Made by a program: the position numbers and the translations under genes
DNA from: Eledone cirrhosa
Taxonomy: Eukaryota
Direction: 5' to 3'
Length of the DNA: 64,000 nt
Assembly (NCBI GenBank): GCA_964016885.1
Contig: OZ024740.1
Coordinates: forward strand, 425,754,001 to 425,818,000
Shown: positions 43,101-58,100 of the stretch, piece by piece
Numbering within the stretch: position 1 is the first letter of the stretch
Layout of the letters: each line of letters begins with the position of its first letter
The notes under the pieces: generated by a model
What the model saw: the letters and a program-made list of their open reading frames with translations, nothing else
Databases searched by the model: none
Told to the model about the DNA's origin: nothing

Positions 43101-46100
43101 CATCTATACAGCCTTCAATAGCCTATTTCTCTAACCACATACCCCACCTCCCGTTCCCCATCTATACAGCCTTCAATAGCCTATTTCTCTAACCACTACA
43201 CCACCTCCCTTTCCCCATCTATACAGCCTTCAATAGCCTATTTCTCTAACCACATACCCCACCTCCCGTTCCCCATCTATACAGCCTTCAATAGCCTATT
43301 TCTCTAACCACATACCCCACCTCCGGTTCCCCATCTATACAGCCTTCAATAGCCTATTTCTCTAACCACATACCCCACCCACGTTCCCCAACTATACAGC
43401 CTTCAATAGCCTATTTCTCTAACCACTACACCACCTCCCGTTCCCCATCTATACAGCCTTCAATAGCCTATTTCTCTAACCACTACACCACCTCCCTTTC
43501 CCCATCTATACAGCCTTCAATAGCCTATTTCTCTAACCACATACCCCACCCACGTTCCCCAACTATACAGCCTTCAATAGCCTATTTCTCTAACCACATA
43601 CCCCACCTCCCGTTCCCCATCTATACAGCCTTCAATAGCCTATTTCTCTAACCACATACCCCACCCACGTTCCCCATCTATACAGCCTTCAATAGCCTAT
43701 TTCTCTAACCACTACACCACCTCCTGTTCCCCATCTATACAGCCTTCAATAGCCTATTTCTCTAACCACTACACCACCTCCCGTTCCCCATCTATACAGC
43801 CTTCAATAGCCTATTTCTCTAACCACATACCCCACCTCCCGTTCCCCATCTATACAGCCTTCAATAGCCTATTTCTCTAACCACATACCCCACCTCCCGT
43901 TCCCCATCTATACAGCCTTCAATAGCCTATTTCTCTAACCACATACCCCACCTCCCGTTCCCCATCTATACAGCCTTCAATAGCCTATTTCTCTAACCAC
44001 ATACCCCACCTCCCGTTCCCCATCTATACAGCCTTCAATAGCCTATTTCTCTAACCACTACACCACCTCCCGTTCCCCATCTATACAGCCTTCAATAGCC
44101 TATTTCTCTAACCACTACACCACCTCCCGTTCCCCATCTATACAGCCTTCAATAGCCTATTTCTCTAACCACATACCTCACCCACGTTCCCCATCTATAC
44201 AGCCTTCAATAGCCTATTTCTCTAACCACTACACCACCTCCCTTTCCCCATCTATACAGCCTTCAATAGCCTATTTCTCTAATCACATACCCCACCCACG
44301 TTCCCCATCTATACAGCCTTCAATAGCCTATTTCTCTAACCACATACCCCACCTCCCGTTCCCCATCTATACAGCCTTCAATAGCCTATTTCTCTAACCA
44401 CTACACCGCCTCCCGTTCCCCATCTATACAGCCTTCAATAGCTTATTTCTCTAACCACATACCCCACCTCCCGTTCCCCATCTATACAGCCTTCAATAGC
44501 CTATTTCTCTAACCACATACCCCACCTCCCGTTCCCCATCTATACAGCCTTCAATAGCCTATTTCTCTAACCACATACCCCACCCACGTTCCCCATCTAT
44601 ACAGCCTTCAATAGCTTATTTCTCTAACCACATACCCCACCTCCCGTTCCCCATCTATACAGCCTTCAATAGCCTATTTCTCTAACCACATACCCCACCC
44701 ACGTTCCCCATCTATACAGCCTTCAATAGCCTATTTCTCTAACCACATACCCCACCCACGTTCCCCATCTATACAGCCTTCAATAGCCTATTTCTCTAAC
44801 CACATACCCCACCCACGTTCCCCATCTATACAGCCTTCAATAGCCTATTTCTCTAACCACTACACCACCTCCCGTTCCCCATCTATACAGCCTTCAATAG
44901 CCTATTTCTCTAACCACATACCCCACCCACGTTCCCCATCTATACAGCCTTCAATAGCCTATTTCTCTAACCACATACCCCACCCATGTTCCCCATCTAT
45001 ACAGCCTTCAATAGCCTATTTCTCTAACCACATACCCCACCCACGTTCCCCATCTATACAGCCTTCAATAGCCTATTTCTCTAACCACATACCCCACCCA
45101 CGTTCCCCATCTATACAGCCTTCAATAGCCTATTTCTCTAACCACTACACCACCTCCCGTTCCCCATCTATACAGCCTTCAATAGCCTATTTCTCTAACC
45201 ACATACCCCACCCACGTTCCCCATCTATACAGCCTTCAATAGCCTATTTCTCTAACCACTACACCACCTCCCGTTCCCCATCTATACAGCCTTCAATAGC
45301 CTATTTCTCTAACCACATACCCCACCCACGTTCCCCATCTATACAGCCTTCAATAGCCTATTTCTCTAACCACATACCCCACCCACGTTCCCCATCTATA
45401 CAGCCTTCAATAGCCTATTTCTCTAACCACATACCCCACCTCCCGTTCCCCATCTATACAGCCTTCAATAGCCTATTTCTCTAACCACTACACCACCTCC
45501 CGTTCCCCATCTATACAGCCTTCAATAGCCTATTTCTCTAACCACATACCCCACCCACGTTCCCCATCTATACAGCCTTCAATAGCCTATTTCTCTAACC
45601 ACTACACCACCTCCCGTTCCCCATCTATACAGCCTTCAATAGCCTATTTCTCTAACCACATACCCCACCCATGTTCCCCATCTATACAGCCTTCAATAGC
45701 CTATTTCTCTAACCACATACCCCACCCACGTTCCCCATCTATACAGCCTTCAATAGCCTATTTCTCTAACCACTACACCACCTCCCGTTCCCCATCTATA
45801 CAGCCTTCAATAGCCTATTTCTCTAACCACATACCCCACCCACGTTCCCCATCTATACAGCCTTCAATAGCCTATTTCTCTAACCACTACACCACCTCCC
45901 GTTCCCCATCTATACAGCCTTCAATAGCCTATTTCTCTAACCACTACACCACCTCCCGTTCCCCATCTATACAGCCTTCAATAGCCTATTTCTCTAACCA
46001 CTACACCACCTCCCGTTCCCCAACTATACAGCCTTCAATAGCCTATTTCTCTAACCACATACCCCACCCACGTTCCCCATCTATACAGCCTTCAATAGCC

Positions 46101-49100
46101 TATTTCTCTAACCACATACCCCACCCATGTTCCCCATCTATACAGCCTTCAATAGCCTATTTCTCTAACCACATACCCCACCTCCCGTTCCCCATCTATA
46201 CAGCCTTCAATAGCCTATTTCTCTAACCACATACCCCACCCACGTTCCCCATCTATACAGCCTTCAATAACTTATTTCTCTAACCACATACCCCACCCAC
46301 GTTCCCCATCTATACAGCCTTCAATAGCCTATTTCTCTAACCACATACCCCACCTCCCGTTCCCCATCTATACAGCCTTCAATAGCCTATTTCTCTAACC
46401 ACTACACCACCTCCCGTTCTCCATCTATACAGCCTTCAATAGCTTATTTCTCTAACCACTACACCACCTCCCGTTCCCCATCTATACAGCCTTCAATAGC
46501 CTATTTCTCTAACCACATACCCCACCCACGTTCCCCATCTATACAGCCTTCAATAGCCTATTTCTCTAACCACATACCCCACCTCCCGTTCCCCATCTAT
46601 ACAGCCTTCAATAGCTTATTTCTCTAACCACTACACCACCTCCCGTTCCCCATCTATACAGCCTTCAATAGCCTATTTCTCTAACCACTACACCACCTCC
46701 CGTTCCCCATCTATACAGCCTTCAATAGCCTATTTCTCTAACAACTACACCACCACCCGTTCCCCATCTATACAGCCTTCAATAGCTTATTTCTCTAACC
46801 ACATACCCCACCTCCCGTTCCCCATCTATACAGCCTTCAATAGCCTATTTCACTAACCACATACCCCACCTCCTGTTCCCCATCTATACAGCCTTCAATA
46901 GCCTATTTCTCTAACCACATACCCCACCCACGTTCCCCATCTATACAGCCTTCAATAGCCTATTTCTCTAACCACTACACCACCTCCCGTTCCCCATCTA
47001 TACAGCCTTCAATAGCCTATTTCACTAACCACTACACCACCTCCCGTTCCCCATCTATACAGCCTTCAATAGCCTATTTCTCTAACCACTACACCACCTC
47101 CCGTTCCCCATCTATACAGCCTTCAATAGCCTATTTCTCTAACCACATACCCCACCTCCCGTTCCCCATCTATACAGCCTTCAATAGCTTATTTCTCTAA
47201 CCACATACCCCACCCACGTTCCCCATCTATACAGCCTTCAATAGCCTATTTCTCTAACCACTACACCACCTCCCGTTCCCCATCTATACAGCCTTCAATA
47301 GCCTATTTCTCTAACCACATACCCCACCCCCAGTTCCCCATCTATACAGCCTTCAATAGCTTATTTCTCTAACCACATACCCCACCCACGTTCCCCATCT
47401 ATACAGCCTTCAATAGCCTATTTCACTAACCACTACACCACCTCCCGTTCCCCATCTATACAGCCTTCAATAGCCTATTTCTCTAACCACTACACCACCT
47501 CCCGTTCCCCATCTATACAGCCTTCAATAGCCTATTTCTCTAACCACATACCCCACCTCCCGTTCCCCATCTATACAGCCTTCAATAGCTTATTTCTCTA
47601 ACCACATACCCCACCCACGTTCCCCATCTATACAGCCTTCAATAGCCTATTTCTCTAACCACTACACCACCTCCCGTTCCCCATCTATACAGCCTTCAAT
47701 AGCCTATTTCTCTAACCACATACCCCACCCCCAGTTCCCCATCTATACAGCCTTCAATAGCTTATTTCTCTAACCACATACCCCACCCACGTTCCCCATC
47801 TATACAGCCTTCAATAGCCTATTTCACTAACCACTACACCACCTCCCGTTCCCCATCTATACAGCCTTCAATAGCCTATTTCTCTAACCACTACACCACC
47901 TCCCGTTCCCCATCTATACAGCCTTCAATAGCCTATTTCTCTAACCACATACCCCACCTCCCGTTCCCCATCTATACAGCCTTCAATAGCTTATTTCTCT
48001 AACCACATACCCCACCCACGTTCCCCATCTATACAGCCTTCAATAGCCTATTTCTCTAACCACTACACCACCTCCCGTTCCCCATCTATACAGCCTTCAA
48101 TAGCCTATTTCTCTAACCACATACCCCACCCCCAGTTCCCCATCTATACAGCCTTCAATAGCTTATTTCTCTAACCACATACCCCACCCACGTTCCCCAT
48201 CTATACAGCCTTCAATAGCCTATTTCTCTAACCACTACACCACCTCCCGTTCCCCATCTATACAGCCTTCAATAGCCTATTTCTCTAACCACATACCCCA
48301 CCCCCAGTTCCCCATCTATACAGCCTTCAATAGCTTATTTCTCTAACCACATACCCCACCCACGTTCCCCATCTATACAGCCTTCAATAGCCTATTTCTC
48401 TAACCACTACACCACCTCCCGTTCCCCATCTATACAGCCTTCAATAGCCTATTTCTCTAACCACATACCCCACCCCCAGTTCCCCATCTATACAGCCTTC
48501 AATAGCTTATTTCTCTAACCACATACCCCACCTCCCGTTCCCCATCTATACAGCCTTCAATAGCCTATTTCACTAACCACATACCCCACCTCCTGTTCCC
48601 CATCTATACAGCCTTCAATAGCCTATTTCTCTAACCACATACCCCACCCACGTTCCCCATCTATACAGCCTTCAATAGCCTATTTCTCTAACCACTACAC
48701 CACCTCCCGTTCCCCATCTATACAGCCTTCAATAGCCTATTTCACTAACCACTACACCACCTCCCGTTCCCCATCTATACAGCCTTCAATAGCCTATTTC
48801 TCTAACCACTACACCACCTCCCGTTCCCCATCTATACAGCCTTCAATAGCCTATTTCTCTAACCACATACCCCACCTCCCGTTCCCCATCTATACAGCCT
48901 TCAATAGCTTATTTCTCTAACCACATACCCCACCCACGTTCCCCATCTATACAGCCTTCAATAGCCTATTTCTCTAACCACTACACCACCTCCCGTTCCC
49001 CATCTATACAGCCTTCAATAGCCTATTTCTCTAACCACATACCCCACCCCCAGTTCCCCATCTATACAGCCTTCAATAGCTTATTTCTCTAACCACATAC

Positions 49101-52100
49101 CCCACCCACGTTCCCCATCTATACAGCCTTCAATAGCCTATTTCTCTAACCACTACACCACCTCCCGTTCCCCATCTATACAGCCTTCAATAGCCTATTT
49201 CTCTAACCACATACCCCACCTCCCGTTCCCCATCTATACAGCCTTCAATAGCTTATTTCTCTAACCACTACACCACCTCCCGTTCCCCATCTATACAGCC
49301 TTCAATAGCCTATTTCTCTAACCACTACACCACCTCCCGTTCCCCATCTATACAGCCTTCAATAGCCTATTTCTCTAACCACATACCCCACCTCCCGTTC
49401 CCCATCTATACAGCCTTCAATAGCCTATTTCTCTAACCACTACACCACCTCCCGTTCCCCATCTATACAGCCTTCAATAGCCTATTTCTCTAACCACATA
49501 CCCCACCTCCTGTTCCCCATCTATACAGCCTTCAATAGCCTATTTCTCTAACCACTACACCACCTCCCGTTCCCCATCTATACAGCCTTCAATAGCCTAT
49601 TTCTCTAACCACATACCCCACCCCCAGTTCCCCATCTATACAGCCTTCAATAGCTTATTTCTCTAACCACATACCCCACCCACGTTCCCCATCTATACAG
49701 CCTTCAATAGCCTATTTCTCTAACCACTACACCACCTCCCGTTCCCCATCTATACAGCCTTCAATAGCCTATTTCTCTAACCACTACACCACCTCCCGTT
49801 CCCCATCTATACAGCCTTCAATAGCCTATTTCTCTAACCACTACACCACCTCCCGTTCCCCATCTATACAGCCTTCAATAGCCTATTTCTCTAACCACAT
49901 ACCCCACCTCCTGTTCCCCATCTATACAGCCTTCAATAGCCTATTTCTCTAACCACTACACCACCTCCCGTTCCCCATCTATACAGCCTTCAATAGCCTA
50001 TTTCTCTAACCACATACCCCACCTCCTGTTCCCCATCTATACAGCCTTCAATAGCCTATTTCTCTAACCACTACACCACCTCCCGTTCCCCATCTATACA
50101 GCCTTCAATAGCCTATTTCTCTAACCACATACCCCACCTCCCGTTCCCCATCTATACAGCCTTCAATAGCCTATTTCTCTAACCACATACCCCACCCACG
50201 TTCCCCATCTATACAGCCTTCAATAGCCTATTTCTCTAACCACTACACCACCTCCCGTTCCCCATCTATACAGCCTTCAATAGCCTATTTCTCTAACCAC
50301 TACACCACCTCCCGTTCCCCATCTATACAGCCTTCAATAGCCTATTTCTCTAACCACATACCCCACCTCCCGTTCCCCATCTATACAGCCTTCAATAGCT
50401 TATTTCTCTAACCACTACACCACCTCCCGTTCCCCATCTATACAGCCTTCAATAGCCTATTTCTCTAACCACTACACCACCTCCCGTTCCCCATCTATAC
50501 AGCCTTCAATAGCCTATTTCTCTAACCACATACCCCACCTCCCGTTCCCCATCTATACAGCCTTCAATAGCCTATTTCTCTAACCACTACACCACCTCCC
50601 GTTCCCCATCTATACAGCCTTCAATAGCCTATTTCTCTAACCACATACCCCACCTCCTGTTCCCCATCTATACAGCCTTCAATAGCCTATTTCTCTAACC
50701 ACTACACCACCTCCCGTTCCCCATCTATACAGCCTTCAATAGCCTATTTCTCTAACCACATACCCCACCCCCAGTTCCCCATCTATACAGCCTTCAATAG
50801 CTTATTTCTCTAACCACATACCCCACCCACGTTCCCCATCTATACAGCCTTCAATAGCTTATTTCTCTAACCACTACACCACCTCCCGTTCCCCATCTAT
50901 ACAGCCTTCAGTAGCCTATTTCTCTAACCACTTCACCACCTCCCACGTTCCCCATCTATACAGCCTTCAATAGCCTATTTCTCTAACCACATACCCCACC
51001 CACGTTCCCCATCTATACAGCCTTCAATAGCCTATTTCTCTAACCACTACACCACCCACGTTCCCCATCTATACAGCCTTCAATAGCCTATTTCTCTAAC
51101 CACTACACCACCTCCCGTTCCCCATCTATACAGCCTTCAATAGCCTATTTCTCTAACCACTACACCACCTCCCGTTCCCCATCTATACAGCCTTCAATAG
51201 CCTATTTCTCTAACCACATACCCCACCCACGTTCCCCATCTATACAGCCTTCAATAGCCTATTTCTCTAACCACATACCCCACCCACGTTCCCCATCTAT
51301 ACAGCCTTCAATAGCCTATTTCTCTAACCACATACCCCACCTCCCGTTCCCCATCTATACAGCCTTCAATAGCTTATTTCTCTAACCACATACCCCACCT
51401 CCCGTTCCCCATCTATACAGCCTTCAATAGCCTATTTCTCTAACCACATACCCCACCCACGTTCCCCATCTATACAGCCTTCAATAGCCTATTTCTCTAA
51501 CCACATACCCCACCTCCCGTTCCCCATCTATACAGCCTTCAATAGCCTATTTCTCTAACCACATACCCCACCTCCCGTTCCCCATCTATACAGCCTTCAA
51601 TAGCTTATTTCTCTAACCACTACACCACCTCCCGTTCCCCATCTATACAGCCTTCAATAGCTTATTTCTCTAACCACTACACCACCTCCTGTTCCCCATC
51701 TATACAGCCTTCAATAGCTTATTTCTCTAACCACTACACCACCTCCCGTTCCCCATCTATACAGCCTTCAATAGCCTATTTCTCTAACCACTACACCACC
51801 TCCCGTTCCCCATCTATACAGCCTTCAATAGCCTATTTCTCTAACCACATACCCCACCCACGTTCCCCATCTATACAGCCTTCAATAGCCTATTTCTCTA
51901 ACCACATACCCCACCCACGTTCCCCATCTATACAGCCTTCAATAGCCTATTTCTCTAACCACATACCCCACCCACGTTCCCCATCTATACAGCCTTCAAT
52001 AGCCTATTTCTCTAACCACTACACCACCTCCCGTTCCCCATCTATACAGCCTTCAATAGCCTATTTCTCTAACCACATACCCCACCCACGTTCCCCATCT

Positions 52101-55100
52101 ATACAGCCTTCAATAGCTTATTTCTCTAACCACATACCCCACCTCCCGTTCCCCATCTATACAGCCTTCAATAGCCTATTTCTCTAACCACATACCCCAC
52201 CCACGTTCCCCATCTATACAGCCTTCAATAGCCTATTTCTCTAACCACTACACCACCTCCCGTTCCCCATCTATACAGCCTTCAATAGCCTATTTCTCTA
52301 ACCACATACCCCACCCACGTTCCCCATCTATACAGCCTTCAATAGCCTATTTCTCTAACCACATACCCCACCTTCCGTTCCCCATCTATACAGCCTTCAA
52401 TAGCCTATTTCTCTAACCACATACCCCACCCACGTTCCCCATCTATACAGCCTTCAATAGCCTATTTCTCTAACCACATACCCCACCCACGTTCCCCATC
52501 TATACAGCCTTCAATAGCCTATTTCTCTAACCACTACACCACCTCCCGTTCCCCATCTATACAGCCTTCAATAGCCTATTTCTCTAACCACTACACCACC
52601 TCCTGTTCCCCATCTATACAGCCTTCAATAGCCTATTTCTCTAACCACATACCCCACCTCCCGTTCCCCATCTATACAGCCTTCAATAGCCTATTTCTCT
52701 AACCACATACCCCACCCACGTTCCCCATCTATACAGCCTTCAATAGCTTATTTCTCTAACCACATACCCCACCCACGTTCCCCATCTATACAGCCTTCAA
52801 TAGCCTATTTCTCTAACCACTACACCACCTCCCGTTCCCCATCTATACAGCCTTCAATAGCCTATTTCTCTAACCACATACCCCACCCACGTTCCCCATC
52901 TATACAGCCTTCAATAGCCTATTTCTCTAACCACATACCCCACCCACGTTCCCCATCTATACAGCCTTCAATAGCCTATTTCTCTAACCACATACCCCAC
53001 GACGTTCCCCATCTATACAGCCTTCAATAGCCTATTTCTCTAACCACATACCCCACCCATGTTCCCCATCTATACAGCCTTCAAAAGCCTATTTCTCTAA
53101 CCACATACCCCACCTCCCGTTCCCCATCTATACAGCCTTCAATAGCCTATTTCTCTAACCACTACACCACCTCCCGTTCCCCATCTATACAGCCTTCAAT
53201 AGCCTATTTCTCTAACCACATACCCCACCCACGTTCCCCATCTATACAGCCTTCAATAGCCTATTTCTCTAACCACATACCCCACCCACGTTCCCCATCT
53301 ATACAGCCTTCAATAGCCTATTTCTCTAACCACATACCCCACCCACGTTCCCCATCTATACAGCCTTCAATAGCCTATTTCTCTAACCACATACCCCACC
53401 CACGTTCCCCATCTATACAGCCTTCAATAGCCTATTTCTCTAACCACATACCCCACCCACGTTCCCCATCTATACAGCCTTCAATAGCCTATTTCTCTAA
53501 CCACATACCCCACCCACGTTCCCCATCTATACAGCCTTCAATAGCCTATTTCTCTAACCACATACCCCACCCACGTTCCCCATCTATACAGCCTTCAATA
53601 GCCTATTTCTCTAACCACATACCCCACCCACGTTCCCCATCTATACAGCCTTCAATAGCCTATTTCTCTAACCACATACCCCACCCACGTTCCCCATCTA
53701 TACAGCCTTCAATAGCCTATTTCTCTAACCACATACCCCACCCATGTTCCCCATCTATACAGCCTTCAATAGCCTATTTCTCTAACCACTACACCACCTC
53801 CCGTTCCCCATCTATACAGCCTTCAATAGCCTATTTCTCTAACCACATACCCCACCTCCCGTTCCCCAACTATACAGCCTTCAATAGCCTATTTCTCTAA
53901 CCACATACCCCACCTCCCGTTCCCCAACTATACAGCATTCAATAGCCTATTTCTCTAACCACCTACCCCACCCACGTTCCCCATCTATACAGCCTTCAAT
54001 AGCTTATTTCTCTAACCACATACCCCACCCACGTTCCCCATCTATACAGCCTTCAATAGCCTATTTCTCTAACCACTACACCACCTCCCGTTCCCCATCT
54101 ATACAGCCTTCAATAGCCTATTTCTCTAACCACATACCCCACCCACGTTCCCCATCTATACAGCCTTCAATAGCCTATTTCTCTAACCACATACCCCACG
54201 ACGTTCCCCATCTATACAGCCTTCAATAGCCTATTTCTCTAACCACATACCCCACTCACGTTCCCCATCTATACAGCCTTCAATAGCTTATTTCTCTAAC
54301 CACATACCCCAGCTCCCGTTCCCCATCTATACAGCCTTCAATAGCCTATTTCTCTAACCACATACCCCACCCACGTTCCCCATCTATACAGCCTTCAATA
54401 GCCTATTTCTCTAACCACTACACCACCTCCCGTTCCCCATCTATACAGCCTTCAATAGCCTATTTCTCTAACCACATACCCCACCCACGTTCCCCATCTA
54501 TACAGCCTTCAATAGCCTATTTCTCTAACCACATAACCCACCTTCCGTTCCCCATCTATACAGCCTTCAATAGCCTATTTCTCTAACCACATACCCCACC
54601 CACGTTCCCCATCTATACAGCCTTCAATAGCCTATTTCTCTAACCACATACCCCACCCACGTTCCCCATCTATACAGCCTTCAATAGCCTATTTCTCTAA
54701 CCACATACCCCACCTCCCGTTCCCCATCTATACAGCCTTCAATAGCCTATTTCTCTAACCACATACCCCACCCACGTTCCCCATCTATACAGCCTTCAAT
54801 AGCCTATTTCTCTAACCACATACCCCACCCACGTTCCCCATCTATACAGCCTTCAATAGCCTATTTCTCTAACCACATACCCCACCCATGTTCCCCATCT
54901 ATACAGCCTTCAATAGCCTATTTCTCTAACCACTACACGACCTCCCGTTCCCCATCTATACAGCCTTCAATAGCCTATTTCTCTAACCACATACCCCACC
55001 TCCCGTTCCCCAACTATACAGCCTTCAATAGCCTATTTCTCTAACCACATACCCCACCTCCCGTTCCCCAACTATACAGCCTTCAATAGCCTATTTCTCT

Positions 55101-58100
55101 AACCACATACCCCACCCACGTTCCCCATCTATACAGCCTTCAATAGCCTATTTCTCTAACCACATACCCCACCCACGTTCCCCATCTATACAGCCTTCAA
55201 TAGCCTATTTCTCTAACCACATACCCCACCCACGTTCCCCATCTATACAGCCTTCAATAGCCTATTTCTCTAACCTCTACACCACCTCCCGTTCCCCATC
55301 TATACAGCCTTCAATAGCCTATTTCTCTAACCACTACACCACCTCCTGTTCCCCATCTATACAGCCTTCAATAGCCTATTTCTCTAACCACATACCCCAC
55401 CTCCCGTTCCCCATCTATACAGCCTTCAATAGCCTATTTCTCTAACAACATACCCCACCCACGTTCCCCATCTATACAGCCTTCAATAGCTTATTTCTCT
55501 AACCACATACCCCACCCACGTTCCCCATCTATACAGCCTTCAATAGCCTATTTCTCTAACCACTACACCACCTCCCGTTCCCCATCTATACAGCCTTCAA
55601 TAGCCTATTTCTCTAACCACATACCCCACCCACGTTCCCCATCTATACAGCCTTCAATAGCCTATTTCTCTAACCACATACCCCACCCACGTTCCCCATC
55701 TATACAGCCTTCAATAGCCTATTTCTCTAACCACATACCCCACGACGTTCCCCATCTATACAGCCTTCAATAGCCTATTTCTCTAACCACATACCCCACC
55801 CATGTTCCCCATCTATACAGCCTTCAAAAGCCTATTTCTCTAACCACATACCCCACCTCCCGTTCCCCATCTATTCAGCCTTCAATAGCCTATTTCTCTA
55901 ACCACATACCCCACCCACGATCCCCATCTATACAGCCTTCAATAGCCTATTTCTCTAACCACTACACCAACTCCCGTTCCCCATCTATACAGCCTTCAAT
56001 AGCCTATTTCTCTAACCACATACCCCACCCACGTTCCCCATCTATACAGCCTTCAATAGCCTATTTCTCTAACCACATACCCCACCCACGTTCCCCATCT
56101 ATACAGCCTAAAATAGCCTATTTCTCTAACCACATACCCCACCCACGTTCCCCATCTATACAGCCTTCAATAGCCTATTTCTCTAACCACATACCCCACC
56201 CACGTTCCCCATCTATACAGCCTTCAATAGCCTATTTCTCTAACCACATACCCCACCCACGTTCCCCATCTATACAGCCTTCAATAGCCTATTTCTCTAA
56301 CCACATACCCCACCTCCCGTTCCCCATCTATACAGCCTTCAATAGCCTATTTCTCTAACCACATACCCCACCCATGTTCCCCATCTATACAGCCTTCAAT
56401 AGCCTATTTCTCTAACCACTACACCACCTCCCGTTCCCCATCTATACAGCCTTCAATAGCCTATTTCTCTAACCACATACCCCACCTCCCGTTCCCCAAC
56501 TATACAGCCTTCAATAGCCTATTTCTCTAACCACATACCCCACCTCCCGTTCCCCAACTATACAGCCTTCAATAGCCTATTTCTCTAACCACATACCCCA
56601 CCTCCCGTTCCCCAACTATACAGCCTTCAATAGCCTATTTCTCTAACCACTACACCACCTCCCGTTCCCCATATATACAGCCTTCAATAGCCTATTTCTC
56701 TAACCACTACACCACCTCCCGTTCCCCATCTATACAGCCTTCAATAGCCTATTTCTCTAACCACATACCCCACCCCCAGTTCCCCATCTATACAGCCTTC
56801 AATAGCCTATTTCTCTAACCACATACCCCACCCATGTTCCCCATCTATACAGCCTTCAATAGCCTATTTCTCTAACCACATACCCCACCTCCCGTTCCCC
56901 AACTATACAGCCTTCAATAGCCTATTTCTCTAACCACATACCCCACCTCCCGTTCCCCAACTATACAGCCTTCAATAGCCTATTTCTCTAACCACATACC
57001 CCACCTCCCGTTCCCCATCTATACAGCCTTCAATAGCCTATTTCTCTAACCACTACACCACCTCCCGTTCCCCATCTATACAGCCTTCAATAGCCTATTT
57101 CTCTAACCACTACACCACCTCCCGTTCCCCATCTATACAGCCTTCAATAGCCTATTTCTCTAACCACATACCCCACCTCACGTTCCCCATCTATACAGCC
57201 TTCAATAGCCTATTTCTCTAACCACTACACCACCTCCCGTTCCCCATCTATACAGCCTTCAATAGCCTATTTCTCTAACCACATACCCCACCCACGTTCT
57301 CCATCTATACAGCCTTCAATAGCCTATTTCTCTAACCACATACCCCACCCACGTTCCCCATCTATACAGCCTTCAATAGCCTATTTCTCTAACCACATAC
57401 CCCACCCACGTTCCCCATCTATACAGCCTTCAATAGCCTATTTCTCTAACCACATACCCCACCCACGTTCCCCATCTATACAGCCTTCAATAGCCTATTT
57501 CTCTAACCACATACCCCACCCACGTTCCCCATCTATACAGCCTTCAATAGCCTATTTCTCTAACCACATACCCCACCCACGTTCCCCATCTATACAGCCT
57601 TCAATAGCCTATTTCTCTAACCACATACCCCACCCACGTTCCCCATCTATACAGCCTTCAATAGCCTATTTCTCTAACCACATACCCCACCCACGTTCCC
57701 CATCTATACAGCCTTCAATAGCCTATTTCTCTAACCACATACCCCACCCATGTTCCCCATCTATACAGCCTTCAATAGCCTATTTCTCTAACCACTACAC
57801 CACCTCCCGTTCCCCATCTATACAGCCTTCAATAGCCTATTTCTCTAACCACATACCCCACCTCCCGTTCCCCAACTATACAGCCTTCAATAGCCTATTT
57901 CTCTAACCACATACCCCACCTCCCGTTCCCCAACTATACAGCCTTCAATAGCCTATTTCTCTAACCACATACCCCACCTCCCGTTCCCCAACTATACAGC
58001 CTTCAATAGCCTATTTCTCTAACCACTACACCACGTCGCGTTCCCCATCTATACAGCCTTCAATAGCCTATTTCTCTAACCACTACACCACCTCCCGTTC

